Positions 38,492 through 50,382 of a DNA stretch of 64,000 bases are shown here, in pieces; the stretch's first letter is position 1; every line of letters begins with the position of its first letter. This DNA is from Polyangiales bacterium. GTDB lineage: Bacteria > Myxococcota_A > Polyangia > Polyangiales > Polyangiaceae. Below the pieces are notes generated by a model, which did no database searches, was not told the origin of the DNA, and worked only from the letters and a program-made list of their open reading frames with translations. Location: the NCBI GenBank assembly GCA_038231275.1, contig JBBRLQ010000017.1:96001-160000 (forward strand), read 5' to 3'. The position numbers and the translations under genes were made by a program.

Positions 38492-41125
38492 ATGCGAACG
38501 AAGCTCGGGTCGTGGATGGGCGTGGGCATTCTCGTCGCCGCGTGCACGAGCTTGCCCGACGTCCCGCGGAACACGTGTGGCAACCACGTGCTCGAGACCG
38601 GCGAGGACTGCGACACGAACGTCGTCGGCACAGACAAGACGGTCTGCCGCGCGGCCGGCGTCGGCGCGTGCCGATTCGACTGCACGCAAGGGACCGATGG
38701 GACGCGCCCGCCGTGCCCGACGGGATGGTCGTGCGGCAACGACGGCATTTGCCGCGCTGCGAAGGGCGAGTTCTCGTCGCTCGCCAATCAAATTCCGAGC
38801 GACGCTGTGCAGGTCGGGCTCGCGGACTACGACGGCGACGGCCTCCAGGACGTGCGCGAGGTCTCGAAATCCGACGTCCGCATTCGCTACGGCGATCCGG
38901 CGGGGAACCTCGGGCAGACCTTCCTCATCTCGGCGCCGCGCTCGCACCCGGCGGCGGGCGTCCTCACGACCGATCCGCTCCTCGATCTCGCGTTCGAGTC
39001 GAGCACCGGCGCGATCGCGGTGTGGCGCGGCTCGTCGGATCGCACGATGTCGCCGACGACGTACCCCTCGATCCCCATCCCGACGACGCAGCCGGTCTCC
39101 TTCGTGGCCGCCGAGGTGCTCCGCAAGCGCGCCGGGATCGAGATCGTCACGCTCATCCCCGATCAAAAAGGAATCGCGGCCCTCGGGGTGCGCGGCGGCG
39201 ACGAGTTGGACAGCACCATCATCACGCCGCTGTTCGTTCTCGCGAAGGGCGCGTCCGATCTCGCCATCCCGATGCGGTCCGCGCAGCTCGACGAGGATCC
39301 GGTGGCCTCGCCCTGTGACGAGATCTTGATTGCCTTCAAGGCGTCCAACGAGATCGGCGTCTTCCCGCCGTGCCGCGGAGACAACCCGAACACCGTGCTC
39401 GGCACGCAGAAGACGCTCCCTTCGGTGATCCTCCCTCCGGGGCGCACGGTCGCCGACGTCCTCATCAACGATCTCGACCGCGACGGGCACCTCGACCTCA
39501 TGATCGTCGCCGACGAGAACGGGATCTTCTTCGCGCTGGGCCGCGGCGACGGCACCTTCGATGTCCCTATCGAGGCGCTCACCCTCGAGGCGGCGAGCCT
39601 CGTGCCGATCGACGTCGGCTTCCTGACCGCGGACGACGTCCTCGATATCGTCACGCCCGGCGGCATCTACCTCTTCACCCCGCCGCCCGGTCGCCCGCCG
39701 AAGGACGCAGGTGACAGCGGCGGTGGCGGTGGTGACGCGGGGAACGACGCGACGTTCGTGCCCACCACCATCGGCGTGAACTGGTCGGAAGCGCGCGTCG
39801 TGGACCTGAACGGCGACGGTCGTCCTGACGTCGTCGCCGCGTCGCCGCACCGCCTCGACGTGCTCATCAACGCGGGCAATCGCCTGTTCGACCAGCACAC
39901 CTACCGCATCGAAGGAACGCCCAGTCTCCTCTCGTTCGGCGACTTCGACGGCGATCTCGTGGTCGATTTGGCTTTTCGTGAGCGGTTCGACGACAAGAGC
40001 GCCGATTCGCTCACCGTCGCCTTCGGCGGCGCGAACGGCGTGCCCAACGAGCCGGTGAGCCAGGGCCGGATCGGGACCGTGAACGTCATCTCAACGGGAG
40101 CGCTCAGCGCGGATCTTGCCACGGTCGCCGCCGACGGCCTCACCGACATCGGCGCGCTCGCGACGACCTTGGACGGCAAGATCCAGTTCGTGTCCATTCT
40201 GAACGGCTCCACCGATCGACTCCTGCAATCGCCGTTCGTGCTGACGCGGCTCAAGGGGGGCAATGGCAAGCAGATCCTCGCCTCGTCCGCGCACAGCTTC
40301 GCCGTCGGCCAGCTCACGTCGGACACGCACCCCGATCTGGCGGTCGTCGGCGTCGAGCCGGAGATCAACGGCAGCTTCGACGTGCACACGTGGCTCGTGC
40401 CGGTGACCGGCGACGCGCAGATCGATCTGGCGACGGTCAACGCCGGTCCGGTCGTCGACACGTACACGCTCGACACCGGCTCGCGGGCACAGACGCGCGG
40501 GCTCTCGTGGATCGATCCGCACGTCGAGTCGCTCGCCGTGGAGCTCGACGCCAAGACGAGCGGCGGAACCGACGAGGTCCTCGTCCTGGCCCAACCCGTC
40601 GCCGAGAGCCACGACTCCGGCGCCCTCTTCGTCTTCAAGGCCTCGTCCGGCGCGTTCGCGGCCGCGTCGCGCGTGCCGGTGGGGCTCGACGCACCCGGCG
40701 GTACGGCGTGGAGCTTGAAAAAATCGGACCTCGATGCCGACGGCGCCGTCGACGTGCTCATGACGTTCCACGACGCGAGCGGAATGCACGGCCAGGTCTT
40801 CTTCAACCTGCGGAGCGGTGGGCTCGATCCGGCGCCGGTGCGCGTGGAGGCCCCCGCCGGCACGCAGCTCCTCGCGTGGGCGGCGCTCAACGCGGACGCC
40901 GATCCCCGTCGCGAGATCGCCATGCTCACCGACAAGGGCGTCTTCCTCGCGAAGCTCGACGCGGGCGCCCGCACTTTCACCGTCTCCACCAAGCCGCTCT
41001 CCGGCGTCGCGCCGACCGGCAACGTGATCGCGTGCGGCGACATCGACGGCGACGGCATCGACGACATGGCGATCGCCGGCGCGGGCGTGCTCCAGGTCTT
41101 CCGCGGACTCCCGGTGCTCCAATGA
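38492..41125 (+). CDS. FG-GAP/VCBS repeat lipoprotein with Cys-rich N-terminus
   Basis: Lipobox VAA-C; CGNHVLETGEDCD; many DxDGDGxxD repeats. Confidence 0.85.
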   Translation: MRTKLGSWMGVGILVAACTSLPDVPRNTCGNHVLETGEDCDTNVVGTDKTVCRAAGVGACRFDCTQGTDGTRPPCPTGWSCGNDGICRAAKGEFSSLANQIPSDAVQVGLADYDGDGLQDVREVSKSDVRIRYGDPAGNLGQTFLISAPRSHPAAGVLTTDPLLDLAFESSTGAIAVWRGSSDRTMSPTTYPSIPIPTTQPVSFVAAEVLRKRAGIEIVTLIPDQKGIAALGVRGGDELDSTIITPLFVLAKGASDLAIPMRSAQLDEDPVASPCDEILIAFKASNEIGVFPPCRGDNPNTVLGTQKTLPSVILPPGRTVADVLINDLDRDGHLDLMIVADENGIFFALGRGDGTFDVPIEALTLEAASLVPIDVGFLTADDVLDIVTPGGIYLFTPPPGRPPKDAGDSGGGGGDAGNDATFVPTTIGVNWSEARVVDLNGDGRPDVVAASPHRLDVLINAGNRLFDQHTYRIEGTPSLLSFGDFDGDLVVDLAFRERFDDKSADSLTVAFGGANGVPNEPVSQGRIGTVNVISTGALSADLATVAADGLTDIGALATTLDGKIQFVSILNGSTDRLLQSPFVLTRLKGGNGKQILASSAHSFAVGQLTSDTHPDLAVVGVEPEINGSFDVHTWLVPVTGDAQIDLATVNAGPVVDTYTLDTGSRAQTRGLSWIDPHVESLAVELDAKTSGGTDEVLVLAQPVAESHDSGALFVFKASSGAFAAASRVPVGLDAPGGTAWSLKKSDLDADGAVDVLMTFHDASGMHGQVFFNLRSGGLDPAPVRVEAPAGTQLLAWAALNADADPRREIAMLTDKGVFLAKLDAGARTFTVSTKPLSGVAPTGNVIACGDIDGDGIDDMAIAGAGVLQVFRGLPVLQ

Positions 41126-42399
41126 ACCATCGTCGATTTCCAGGTCGCTCGCTCGTCGGCGTCGTCGGTCTCGCCATCCTCGTTTCGTCCGTCTTGGCGT
41201 CGGCGCCTGCCCACGCGCAGTCGCCCGCGCGGCTCGATCAAGCGAGGATGCTCTTCAGCGCCGGCGCGAAGGCGTACGAGACCGGCCAGTTCAACGCCGC
41301 GATCCAGGCCTTCGAGGACGCGAACAAGATCGTCCCCAAGCCGCAGATCGTCTTTTCGATCGCGCAGGCGCACCGTCGCCAGTACTACCTCGCGAAGGAG
41401 CCCGAGCACCTGCGCGAGGCGATCCGGCGCTACCGCGAGTACGTGGACTCGGTGAAGGAGGGCGGGCGCGTGTCCGACGCCGCGCAGGCGCTCGCCGAGC
41501 TCGAGCCCATCGCCGCGCGGACCGCCATCGATCCGAGCGCACCGTCGCGGCCTGCCCCGAAAGATCCGGCGCGCGTGATGGTGATGACGCAGGTCGAGGG
41601 CGCGCGCGTCGCGATCGACGGCGCCGCGGCCAAGGCGGGCCTCGCGGTCGAGCTGAAGCCCGGCAAGCACCACATCTCCACCACCGCCGACGGCTATTTT
41701 CCCGACGAACGTGACGTGCAGGCGGTCGACAACGCGCTCGTCCCCGTCGACGTGTCGCTGCGTGAAAGGCCGGCGCGGCTCATCGTCGGCGCGCTCGCCG
41801 GCGCGCAAGTCTCGCTCGACGGACGCCCGGCGGGGACCACACCGCTGACGTCGCCGATCGAGGTCCCCCCGGGGACGCACCTGGTGACGGTCACGCGCAA
41901 CGGCCACGTCGGGTACTCGCAGGAGCTCGAGCTGGCGCGCGATCAGAGAAAGCAGCTCGCGGTCGAGTTGCCGGATACGACGCAGCGCACCGTCTCCTAC
42001 GCGCTCATGCTCGGCGGCGGCGCGGCCATCGTCGCGGGCGGCGTCTTTACGGGCGCTGCCCTCGTCAACCAGTCGAACGCGCAGAAAATCTTGGACCGCA
42101 AGGACACGGGCACGATCCCGCCAAACGAGGTCGACGCGTACGACTCGTCACGCGGACGACGCGACGACTGGACCAAGGCCGCGATCGCCTCGTTCGCCGT
42201 CGGCGGCGCGGTCGCACTGACAGGCGCCGTGCTCTACCTCTTCGATCCGCCCATCCTCACGATGCCGCCGCCGCGCTTCGAGGACCGCACGAAGAAGCCC
42301 GACACCAAGCCCGCCCCGGGGCGTGAGCCGATGGAGATGTCCTTCACGCCGCTGATCGGCCCAGGCCTCGGCGGCGCCGGCGTGAGCGGCCGCTTCTGA
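41122..42399 (+). CDS. TPR + PEGA domain protein
   Basis: ATGA overlap; signal peptide; TPR (GAKAYETGQFNAAIQAFEDA); two PEGA domains; two hydrophobic helices; C-terminal SGRF. Confidence 0.85.
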   Translation: MNHRRFPGRSLVGVVGLAILVSSVLASAPAHAQSPARLDQARMLFSAGAKAYETGQFNAAIQAFEDANKIVPKPQIVFSIAQAHRRQYYLAKEPEHLREAIRRYREYVDSVKEGGRVSDAAQALAELEPIAARTAIDPSAPSRPAPKDPARVMVMTQVEGARVAIDGAAAKAGLAVELKPGKHHISTTADGYFPDERDVQAVDNALVPVDVSLRERPARLIVGALAGAQVSLDGRPAGTTPLTSPIEVPPGTHLVTVTRNGHVGYSQELELARDQRKQLAVELPDTTQRTVSYALMLGGGAAIVAGGVFTGAALVNQSNAQKILDRKDTGTIPPNEVDAYDSSRGRRDDWTKAAIASFAVGGAVALTGAVLYLFDPPILTMPPPRFEDRTKKPDTKPAPGREPMEMSFTPLIGPGLGGAGVSGRF

Positions 42400-42439
42400 G
42401 GATCACTCGAGCGCGGCAGCCTCTCCGGCGATGCGCGGA

Positions 42440-43888
<1,449 letters not shown>

Positions 43889-44237
43889 GTCCGTGGCTGG
43901 AGAACGTAGGCGCCTTTGTCCGGCGCGTCGACCGCCGAAACGTGCCGGCACGCACGCCCACATCACCCGACGCTGGATTCCCACGGCAGCGGAACCGTGC
44001 GCTGAGGACGGCCAACCGATCGTCGGTGCGAGCGCCCGGTAAGTATGCAAGCCGGCAGAAACAGCGCTATTATTTGTGGCGAGAGACAAACCCTTCGTGC
44101 GTCCTCACAGCCTCTTTTGGAGCGCCTCCTTCTATCGTCCGAACGCCTCGCGTTCGCGGATTGCGCATGCGCGACCCGTGCATGGACCTTTCTTCGCGTG
44201 AGTCAGCCCGATCACCCGTTCCCTGGAGCCCCTCTCC

Positions 44238-47153
44238 GTGGCGATTGACCGCGAAAAGGTGCTCGACGCCGCCCAGAAGTTCGTCGAGAAAAAGAAGTAC
44301 GACAAGGCGGTTCTCGAGCTCCGAAAGATCATCCAGGCCGATCCGAACGACGCTCGGACGCGCCTGAAGATCGGCGACCTCGAGTCGAAGCAGGAGAGGT
44401 ACGCCGACGCGGTGGCGACCTATGAAGAGGTCGGCAAGCAGTACGCGTCCCAAGGCTTCGCCCTCAAGGCGATCGCGGTCTACAAACAGATCCGCGAGAT
44501 CATCGCCAAGCACGTCCCGCAGCTCGAGTCGCAGTACGCGCACATCACGCCGAAGCTCGCGGAGCTGTACCAGCAGCTGGGCCTCACGAGCGACGCGCTC
44601 GCCGCGCTGGACGAGGTCGCGACGCGCCTGCAGCGCCAGCAGCGCGACGGCGAGGCGATCGAGGTCTTCAAGAAGATCGTCGAGCTCGATCCGACCAATC
44701 CCCTGCCCCACCTTCGCCTGGCCGAGGCGCTCTCGCGCATCCAGAACGTCGACGCGGCCGTGGCCGAGTTCGCGACCGCCGCGTCGCAGCTCCTGAAGCT
44801 CGGCCGCCGCGACGACGCGCTGAAGGTCTTGGAGCGGCTGCTCCATCACAAGGCCGATCTCTCGCAGGCGCGCATCGCCGCCGAGCTGTACCTCTCGCGC
44901 GGCCAGCAGGCCGACGGCATGCAGGCACTCGCGAAGCTCCAGCTCTGCTTCCAGGCCAACCCTCGCGACCTCGACACGCTGTCCCTCCTCGCCCGCGCGT
45001 TCAACGTGATCGGGCAAGCGGCGAAGGCGATCGAAGTGCAAAAGGAGATGTGCCGGATCGCGCGCGACAACGGCAAGACCGACGTGCTCGTGCCGCTGCT
45101 CCAGCAGTTGATGCGCCTCGTCCCGAGCGACGACGGCGTCCGCAAGATGGCGCAGGCCGCGGGGCTCTTGGGCGACGCGCCGGGACCGTCGGCGCCGCCG
45201 CCGCCGCAGAACCTCGCGCCGCAGTACGGCGCGCCGCCGATGCACGCGCCGTTGCCGTCGTACGCGCGCGGCACGCCGCACATGCCGCCGATGATGCAGT
45301 CGCAGGCGCCGATGCCGCCGCCGATGGTCCAGCACCAGCAGTACCAACCGCCGCCGGCGCGCGGCGAGGAGACGTCGTACGAGGCGGTCGACGCGAACGA
45401 TCTGATCCACGAAGGCAGCGGGATCGATCACGACGCGCAGCAATACCTCGAGAGCATTCCGCCGGAAGCGGTGGCGCGCGGCGGATCGCAGTCGCAGGCG
45501 TACCGCAATCAGTTCGCGTCGGAGGCGCAGCTCGAGGTCGTGGAGCAGGAGGCGCCGCAGATCGCGCCGGACATGAGCGAGCAGCTCGCGCAGGTCCTCG
45601 CCGACGCCGGCTCGTTCCGCCGCGTGCGCCTGTACGCCAAGGCGATCGCCACGCTCCGTCAGGGGCTCGAGCTCGAGCCGCGCTCGCTCGATGTGCGCGA
45701 GGCGCTGCGCGACGTGTACCTCGAGTCCGGTCGCGCGCAGGAGGCCGTCGCCGAAATGCTGGCGATGGCGTCGCTGTTCATCGACGCGCTCGACGGCGAA
45801 GGCGCCGCGCGGATGCTCCAGGACGTCCTCACCGTCGAGCCCGGCAACCGGCGCGCCGTCGAGATGCTCCGCGAGCTCGGCTACGAGTACGTCGACGAGA
45901 ACGGCGAGCCCGCGGGCGGCGCCGGGGCCGGCGGCGAGTACGAGGCGGACACTGGCCAGGAGGCGCAGCGCTACTCGAACACGCCCGGCGGAGCGGCCGG
46001 CGCGACGACCGAGGCGCCGTTGCCGTCGTACGACCTCGAGGAGATGGGGCCGGACGACGTCTCCAACGAGTACAGCGATCCGCGCGTCATCATGTCGCCG
46101 CAGATGCAGGCGGCCCGCGCGCGCGGCGCGAGCGACGACTTCCCGCAAGACCCGGCCGCCGACGACGCCGAGCCGCTCCCCTCCTTCCCGCTCGATGCGC
46201 CCGAGGCCGACGTCTCGGAGCCCTTCGATCTCGTCCAGCCGCCGGACACCGCGGGCCAGACCGAGACGGGAGGCCAAGCGTACGCCCCGACCACCGATGA
46301 GGTGCAGCGCTACGAAGAAGAGCCTGCACCCAAGACCGTCGGCGGCGGCGCCGCGGAGCTCGAAGAGGCGCTCGAGGAGGCGGACTTCTTCGCGTCGCGC
46401 GGCCTCTACGAAGACGCGCGCAACACCATCAGCGATCAGCTCCAGCTCCACCCCAACAACCGCCTCCTCAAAGAGAAGCTCGCCGAGCTCGATCAGCAAG
46501 AGCAGAGCGCGAAGCGTGGGAGCGGCACCCGGGAGCGACCGCACGACGAGGACGTCAAGACCGGCATCGATCGCAGCTTCGACATCGCCGCCTCGCTCGA
46601 CGCCGTCGAGGACTCGCAGGTCCCCGCCTTCGAGCAGGCCAACAAGCAGATCGACGTCGAGGAGGTCTTTGCGAAATTCAAGGAGGGCGTCGCCAAGCAG
46701 ATCAGCCTGGACGACGGGCAGTCGCACTACGATCTCGGCGTCGCGTACAAGGAGATGGGCCTCACTGAAGACGCCATCCGCGAGTTCGAGACCGCGGCGC
46801 GCGACCCGAAGCGCGAGTGCGTCTGCCGCTCGATGATCGGCATGATCCAGATGGAGCGCGGCAACGTGAACGAGGCGATCGACGCGTTCATGCGCGGCCT
46901 CCACTCGCACGTGAAGAGCGCGGAGCAGGAGACGGTCCTCTCCTTCGAGATCGGCGTCGCGTACGAGCAGAAAAAAATGCACCGCGAGGCGCTCAGCTAC
47001 TTCCAGAAGGTGATGCGCCGCGAGCCCAACTACCGCGACGTGCAGGAGCGCGTGCGGCGTCTCTCGAGCGCGTCCAAGGGGCCGCCGCGGCAGGCCGCGG
47101 TGGGCGACGACGAGTTCGATCGCGCCTTCGACGATATGATCGAGAAGTCGTGA
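44238..47153 (+). CDS. sgmX: Large TPR protein resembling the Myxococcus T4P activator SgmX
   Basis: N-terminal TPR array (GFALKAIAVYKQI, ALAKLQLCFQANPRDLDTL), acidic linker, C-terminal TPRs (SHYDLGVAYKEMGL); SgmX identity is from remembered architecture, not a search. Confidence 0.6.
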   Translation: MAIDREKVLDAAQKFVEKKKYDKAVLELRKIIQADPNDARTRLKIGDLESKQERYADAVATYEEVGKQYASQGFALKAIAVYKQIREIIAKHVPQLESQYAHITPKLAELYQQLGLTSDALAALDEVATRLQRQQRDGEAIEVFKKIVELDPTNPLPHLRLAEALSRIQNVDAAVAEFATAASQLLKLGRRDDALKVLERLLHHKADLSQARIAAELYLSRGQQADGMQALAKLQLCFQANPRDLDTLSLLARAFNVIGQAAKAIEVQKEMCRIARDNGKTDVLVPLLQQLMRLVPSDDGVRKMAQAAGLLGDAPGPSAPPPPQNLAPQYGAPPMHAPLPSYARGTPHMPPMMQSQAPMPPPMVQHQQYQPPPARGEETSYEAVDANDLIHEGSGIDHDAQQYLESIPPEAVARGGSQSQAYRNQFASEAQLEVVEQEAPQIAPDMSEQLAQVLADAGSFRRVRLYAKAIATLRQGLELEPRSLDVREALRDVYLESGRAQEAVAEMLAMASLFIDALDGEGAARMLQDVLTVEPGNRRAVEMLRELGYEYVDENGEPAGGAGAGGEYEADTGQEAQRYSNTPGGAAGATTEAPLPSYDLEEMGPDDVSNEYSDPRVIMSPQMQAARARGASDDFPQDPAADDAEPLPSFPLDAPEADVSEPFDLVQPPDTAGQTETGGQAYAPTTDEVQRYEEEPAPKTVGGGAAELEEALEEADFFASRGLYEDARNTISDQLQLHPNNRLLKEKLAELDQQEQSAKRGSGTRERPHDEDVKTGIDRSFDIAASLDAVEDSQVPAFEQANKQIDVEEVFAKFKEGVAKQISLDDGQSHYDLGVAYKEMGLTEDAIREFETAARDPKRECVCRSMIGMIQMERGNVNEAIDAFMRGLHSHVKSAEQETVLSFEIGVAYEQKKMHREALSYFQKVMRREPNYRDVQERVRRLSSASKGPPRQAAVGDDEFDRAFDDMIEKS

Positions 47154-48754
47154 GCCGCGCCTCCGCTCCCGACGTGGCGAGCGGGCCGCGCGTCGCCGCG
47201 GTCCTCGTCGTGGCAGGGGCCCTCTTCGCCGCTCCCGCCGCGCACGCCGCCCAGATCACCTTCGGCCCCGGCGACTCGTACGACAAGCTCGAGGCCGCCA
47301 AGGCGGGGGACGAGGTCATCGTCGCTCCGGGGAAATACACGTTCCGCGTGCACTTGATCCAGCTCGGCACCGCGCAGAAGCCCATCGTCATCCGCGCCGC
47401 CGATCCCAACAACAGGCCGGTGTGGGATCTGTCGGCCACGCTCGTCGAGAACGCGCCGGGCAGCTCCACCGACGGCGACCGCGGGCGCGCGTGCTGGCAG
47501 GTCGACGGCGGCACCGGCTACATCATCTCCGGCATCGAGATCACCGGCTGCCACGACGTCGACAAGAACTCCGCGGCGCTCCGCTACTACAACGCGTCCG
47601 ACGTGACGCTCCGCGACGTCTACTTCCACGGGAACGACAACGGCCTCACCGGCGGCACGCAGGACAGCTCCGCGGTCGTCGAGTGGAGCGAGATCTCGAG
47701 CAACGGCGACACCACGGCGACCTCGCCGACGCACAACCTGTACATCTACGGAGGCCTCTTCGTCCTCCGCTACTCGTACATCCACGACAGCTTGCACGCG
47801 GAGAACTTCCACGTCCGCGCGCGCGAGTCGCTCATCGAAGCGAACTGGTTCGCGCGCGCGAAGAACTACGAAGGCGATCTCATGACGAGCAACGACGCCG
47901 CAGCCGCCAACGCCGGTTTTTTGCAGTCGATGATCGTCCGCGGCAACGTCTTCGTGCAGGCCGCGCAGCCCGACAACACCGGCCAGATCCTCGCCGTCTT
48001 CAACGACACGAAGACCGCCGGGACCGCGTTCGAGATCCGGATGATCGGCAACACGTTCGTCGGCGCCGGGAAGAACAGCGCGGTTTTGCACCTTTCCGAC
48101 GCCGACAAGACGCCGATGCAGGCCGAGGTCTCGAACAACATCGTCTTCGGTACGAACCGTGCGTCGCTGGTGGACGACGCGAGCGGCATCGTCGTCGGCG
48201 CGAGCAACTGGATGGCCACGGGGGGCGACCCAGGCCCACTCGTCGACACGGTTTTCGGTGCGGCGCCGGGGTTCAAGAACCCTGCGATGAAGGACTACAC
48301 GCTCCTCCCGACCAGCGACGCGATCGGCAAGGCGAGCGGCATTCCCAAGCTGCCGCCCGCGACCGAGTACTACAAGGACGAGGTCCTCGCCCGGCGCTAC
48401 CGCCTGCGCGCGTCGACGAGGGACATCGGCGCGTTCGAGAGCACGACCACCGATCCCTCGTACGGCCCCTACGATCCGCCGCCCCCCGTCGACGCGGGCG
48501 CCCCCCCGCCGCTCACCGACAGCGGCGTCCCCATCCCGAACCCCGGCGGGAGCAGTGGCGGCGTGAAGGACGGCGGCGCGATCGGAGACGACGCCGGCAA
48601 CGGCGCGGCGCCCGGCGGACCCAGCTCTGGCTGCGGCTGCGCCGTCGGACAAAACGGAAGGAGCGCCGGGCCCGGATTCATGGCGACGACGCTGCTCCTC
48701 CTCGTTTACTTCAGCCGCGATCGAGCGCGGCGACGAGGAGCGGGGCGACGCTGA
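47150..48754 (+). CDS. Secreted right-handed beta-helix (pectin lyase-like) protein with MYXO-CTERM sorting tail
   Basis: Signal peptide ..AAHA; GDEVIVAPGKY; beta-helix repeats; DIGAFE; Pro/Gly linker; GCGCAVG + hydrophobic + Arg-rich C-terminus. Confidence 0.8.
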   Translation: MSRASAPDVASGPRVAAVLVVAGALFAAPAAHAAQITFGPGDSYDKLEAAKAGDEVIVAPGKYTFRVHLIQLGTAQKPIVIRAADPNNRPVWDLSATLVENAPGSSTDGDRGRACWQVDGGTGYIISGIEITGCHDVDKNSAALRYYNASDVTLRDVYFHGNDNGLTGGTQDSSAVVEWSEISSNGDTTATSPTHNLYIYGGLFVLRYSYIHDSLHAENFHVRARESLIEANWFARAKNYEGDLMTSNDAAAANAGFLQSMIVRGNVFVQAAQPDNTGQILAVFNDTKTAGTAFEIRMIGNTFVGAGKNSAVLHLSDADKTPMQAEVSNNIVFGTNRASLVDDASGIVVGASNWMATGGDPGPLVDTVFGAAPGFKNPAMKDYTLLPTSDAIGKASGIPKLPPATEYYKDEVLARRYRLRASTRDIGAFESTTTDPSYGPYDPPPPVDAGAPPPLTDSGVPIPNPGGSSGGVKDGGAIGDDAGNGAAPGGPSSGCGCAVGQNGRSAGPGFMATTLLLLVYFSRDRARRRGAGRR

Positions 48755-49631
48755 TCACGTTCGCGGCGCCGACCTTTTGGCTCCCGGGGTGCGAGTCCGT
48801 GCCGAGCACCGTCGCGATCGCGCCGCTCGTCAGGATGGAGTCGAGCGACGCGCCCGGCAGGACAAGATGGCTGGCGACGGCGTGCACGCGCGACGCGCCG
48901 GCGTCCATGTACGCGCGCGCGGCCTGCACGAGCGACGAGCCGGTGCGGATCATGTCGTCGTAGATCATGACCTCTTTGCCGCGCACGTCCGCGTTGACGC
49001 CGGTGACCGAGAGCGCGCCGCTCTGGGAATCGCGCTTCTTGTAGACGAACGCCGGCTCGACGCCGAGATCGCGCGCGAGGCTCTGCACCCACTTCGCGCG
49101 TCCGGCATCGGTCGCGCCGAGGACGTAGGAACTACCGGCCATGGACTTCTTGACGGCCTCGGTGACGACCGGCGCGCCGTACAGGTGGCGCGTCGTCACG
49201 GCGTCGCCGAAGTAGAACTCGATGCCGTCGGTGTGAAGATCGAAGAGGAACACGCGTGTGCCCCCTTCGCAGCCGGGGATCGCGGAGATGAGACGCGCGC
49301 GGCTCTTCGCGGTCACGACCTCGCCGATTCGAACGGCGCGCTCCATCGTCGCGTAGCCGAAGTACGGCATCACGATCGAGAGGGAGCGCGCGCCAGCGTG
49401 GGCCACGGCGCAGGCGAGATCGTAGAGCTCGAGCCAATCGAGATCGGTGGGCGTGCCGCCGAGGAGGACGACGTCGCGCGCCCACGGGCTCTCGAGGAGG
49501 CGCAGGTAGCGCTCGCCATCGGGGAACGTCTTGCGCTCGATGCCGCCCTCGTCGAACGCGCCGGCCGTGAGGAACGACGGCGCGAGGTAGGCGTAGGAGC
49601 TGATGGCGAAGAGGAGCTTCTTGGTCGTCAT
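48711..49631 (-). CDS. prs: Ribose-phosphate pyrophosphokinase
   Basis: FPDGE, MPYFGY, DLHT, TDAGR, YKKR, IYDDMIRTGSS (PRPP-binding motif). Confidence 0.88.
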   Translation of the reverse strand: MTTKKLLFAISSYAYLAPSFLTAGAFDEGGIERKTFPDGERYLRLLESPWARDVVLLGGTPTDLDWLELYDLACAVAHAGARSLSIVMPYFGYATMERAVRIGEVVTAKSRARLISAIPGCEGGTRVFLFDLHTDGIEFYFGDAVTTRHLYGAPVVTEAVKKSMAGSSYVLGATDAGRAKWVQSLARDLGVEPAFVYKKRDSQSGALSVTGVNADVRGKEVMIYDDMIRTGSSLVQAARAYMDAGASRVHAVASHLVLPGASLDSILTSGAIATVLGTDSHPGSQKVGAANVISVAPLLVAALDRG

Positions 49632-50380
49632 CGGGAGGCGGTGAGCGCCTCCTTCAGCGCGCGGACGAAGGGATCGGTCGCGTCCAGGTCGGCGAGGGCG
49701 TCGGCGCGCGCGCGTTTGCCCGAAAAAATGGCGCGAAACGCGCACTCTAGGGCCGTGATCGACTCCTCGGGCACGCCGCGCCTGCGGAGGCCCACCTTGT
49801 TGAGGGCGCGGACGCGGGCGCGATCGCCTTGCACGATCACGAACGGAGGGACGTTCGCTTCGCACATCGCGCCGGCAGCGACGAACGCGCTCTCGCCCAC
49901 TTCGACGAACTGCGCGACGCCCGCGAGGCCGCCGAAGGTGGCGTGATCGCGCACGACGGCGTGGCCTGCGAGCTGCACGGCGTTCGCGAGCGTCACGTTA
50001 TCGCCGACCCTCACATCGTGCGCGACGTGCGATCCGGCCATCAGAAGGTTGAAGGAGCCCACGCGCGTTCCTTCGCTCTTCGAGCTCTTGTGGATGGTGA
50101 CGTGCTCGCGGATCTCGTTCTCGTCGCCGATCGAGAGGTGCGAAGTGGTGGGGCTTTCGCCGCGCCGCTTGTGCTGCGCCTCGGTACCCAGCACCGCGAA
50201 CGGGTAGACGACGTTGCCACGCCCGATCACCGTGGGACCGTGCACGACGACGTGCGACAGGAGGCGCGTTCCTTCGCCGATCACGACGCGCGCGCCGACG
50301 ACCGCGTACGGGCCGATCTCGACGCCCCCGGCGAGCTCCGCCTCGGGATGCACGATCGCGGTCGGGTGTATCTTGGGCAC
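49628..50380 (-). CDS. lpxA: Acyl-ACP--UDP-N-acetylglucosamine O-acyltransferase
   Basis: IHPTAIV hexapeptide repeats, IREHVTIH, SHVAHD, LAGH, LNKVGLRRRG. Confidence 0.9.
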   Translation of the reverse strand: MPKIHPTAIVHPEAELAGGVEIGPYAVVGARVVIGEGTRLLSHVVVHGPTVIGRGNVVYPFAVLGTEAQHKRRGESPTTSHLSIGDENEIREHVTIHKSSKSEGTRVGSFNLLMAGSHVAHDVRVGDNVTLANAVQLAGHAVVRDHATFGGLAGVAQFVEVGESAFVAAGAMCEANVPPFVIVQGDRARVRALNKVGLRRRGVPEESITALECAFRAIFSGKRARADALADLDATDPFVRALKEALTASR

Positions 50381-50382
50381 GC

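Noticed and set aside
43889..44237. 349 bp intergenic region as a possible ncRNA or riboswitch
   Set aside because: No recognisable conserved RNA motif or terminator; adequately explained as divergent promoters.
44070..46982. 970 aa antisense ORF, and many similar long overlapping ORFs (e.g. 3443..5512, 22867..25566, 57089..60160)
   Set aside because: These are shadow frames of real genes in a high-GC genome. They are R/A/G/V-rich with no motifs, while the overlapping frame has clear domains.
48711..48754. 44 bp convergent overlap of prs and the MYXO-CTERM gene as an antisense system
   Set aside because: Short 3' overlaps are common in dense GC-rich genomes and there is no other evidence of regulation.
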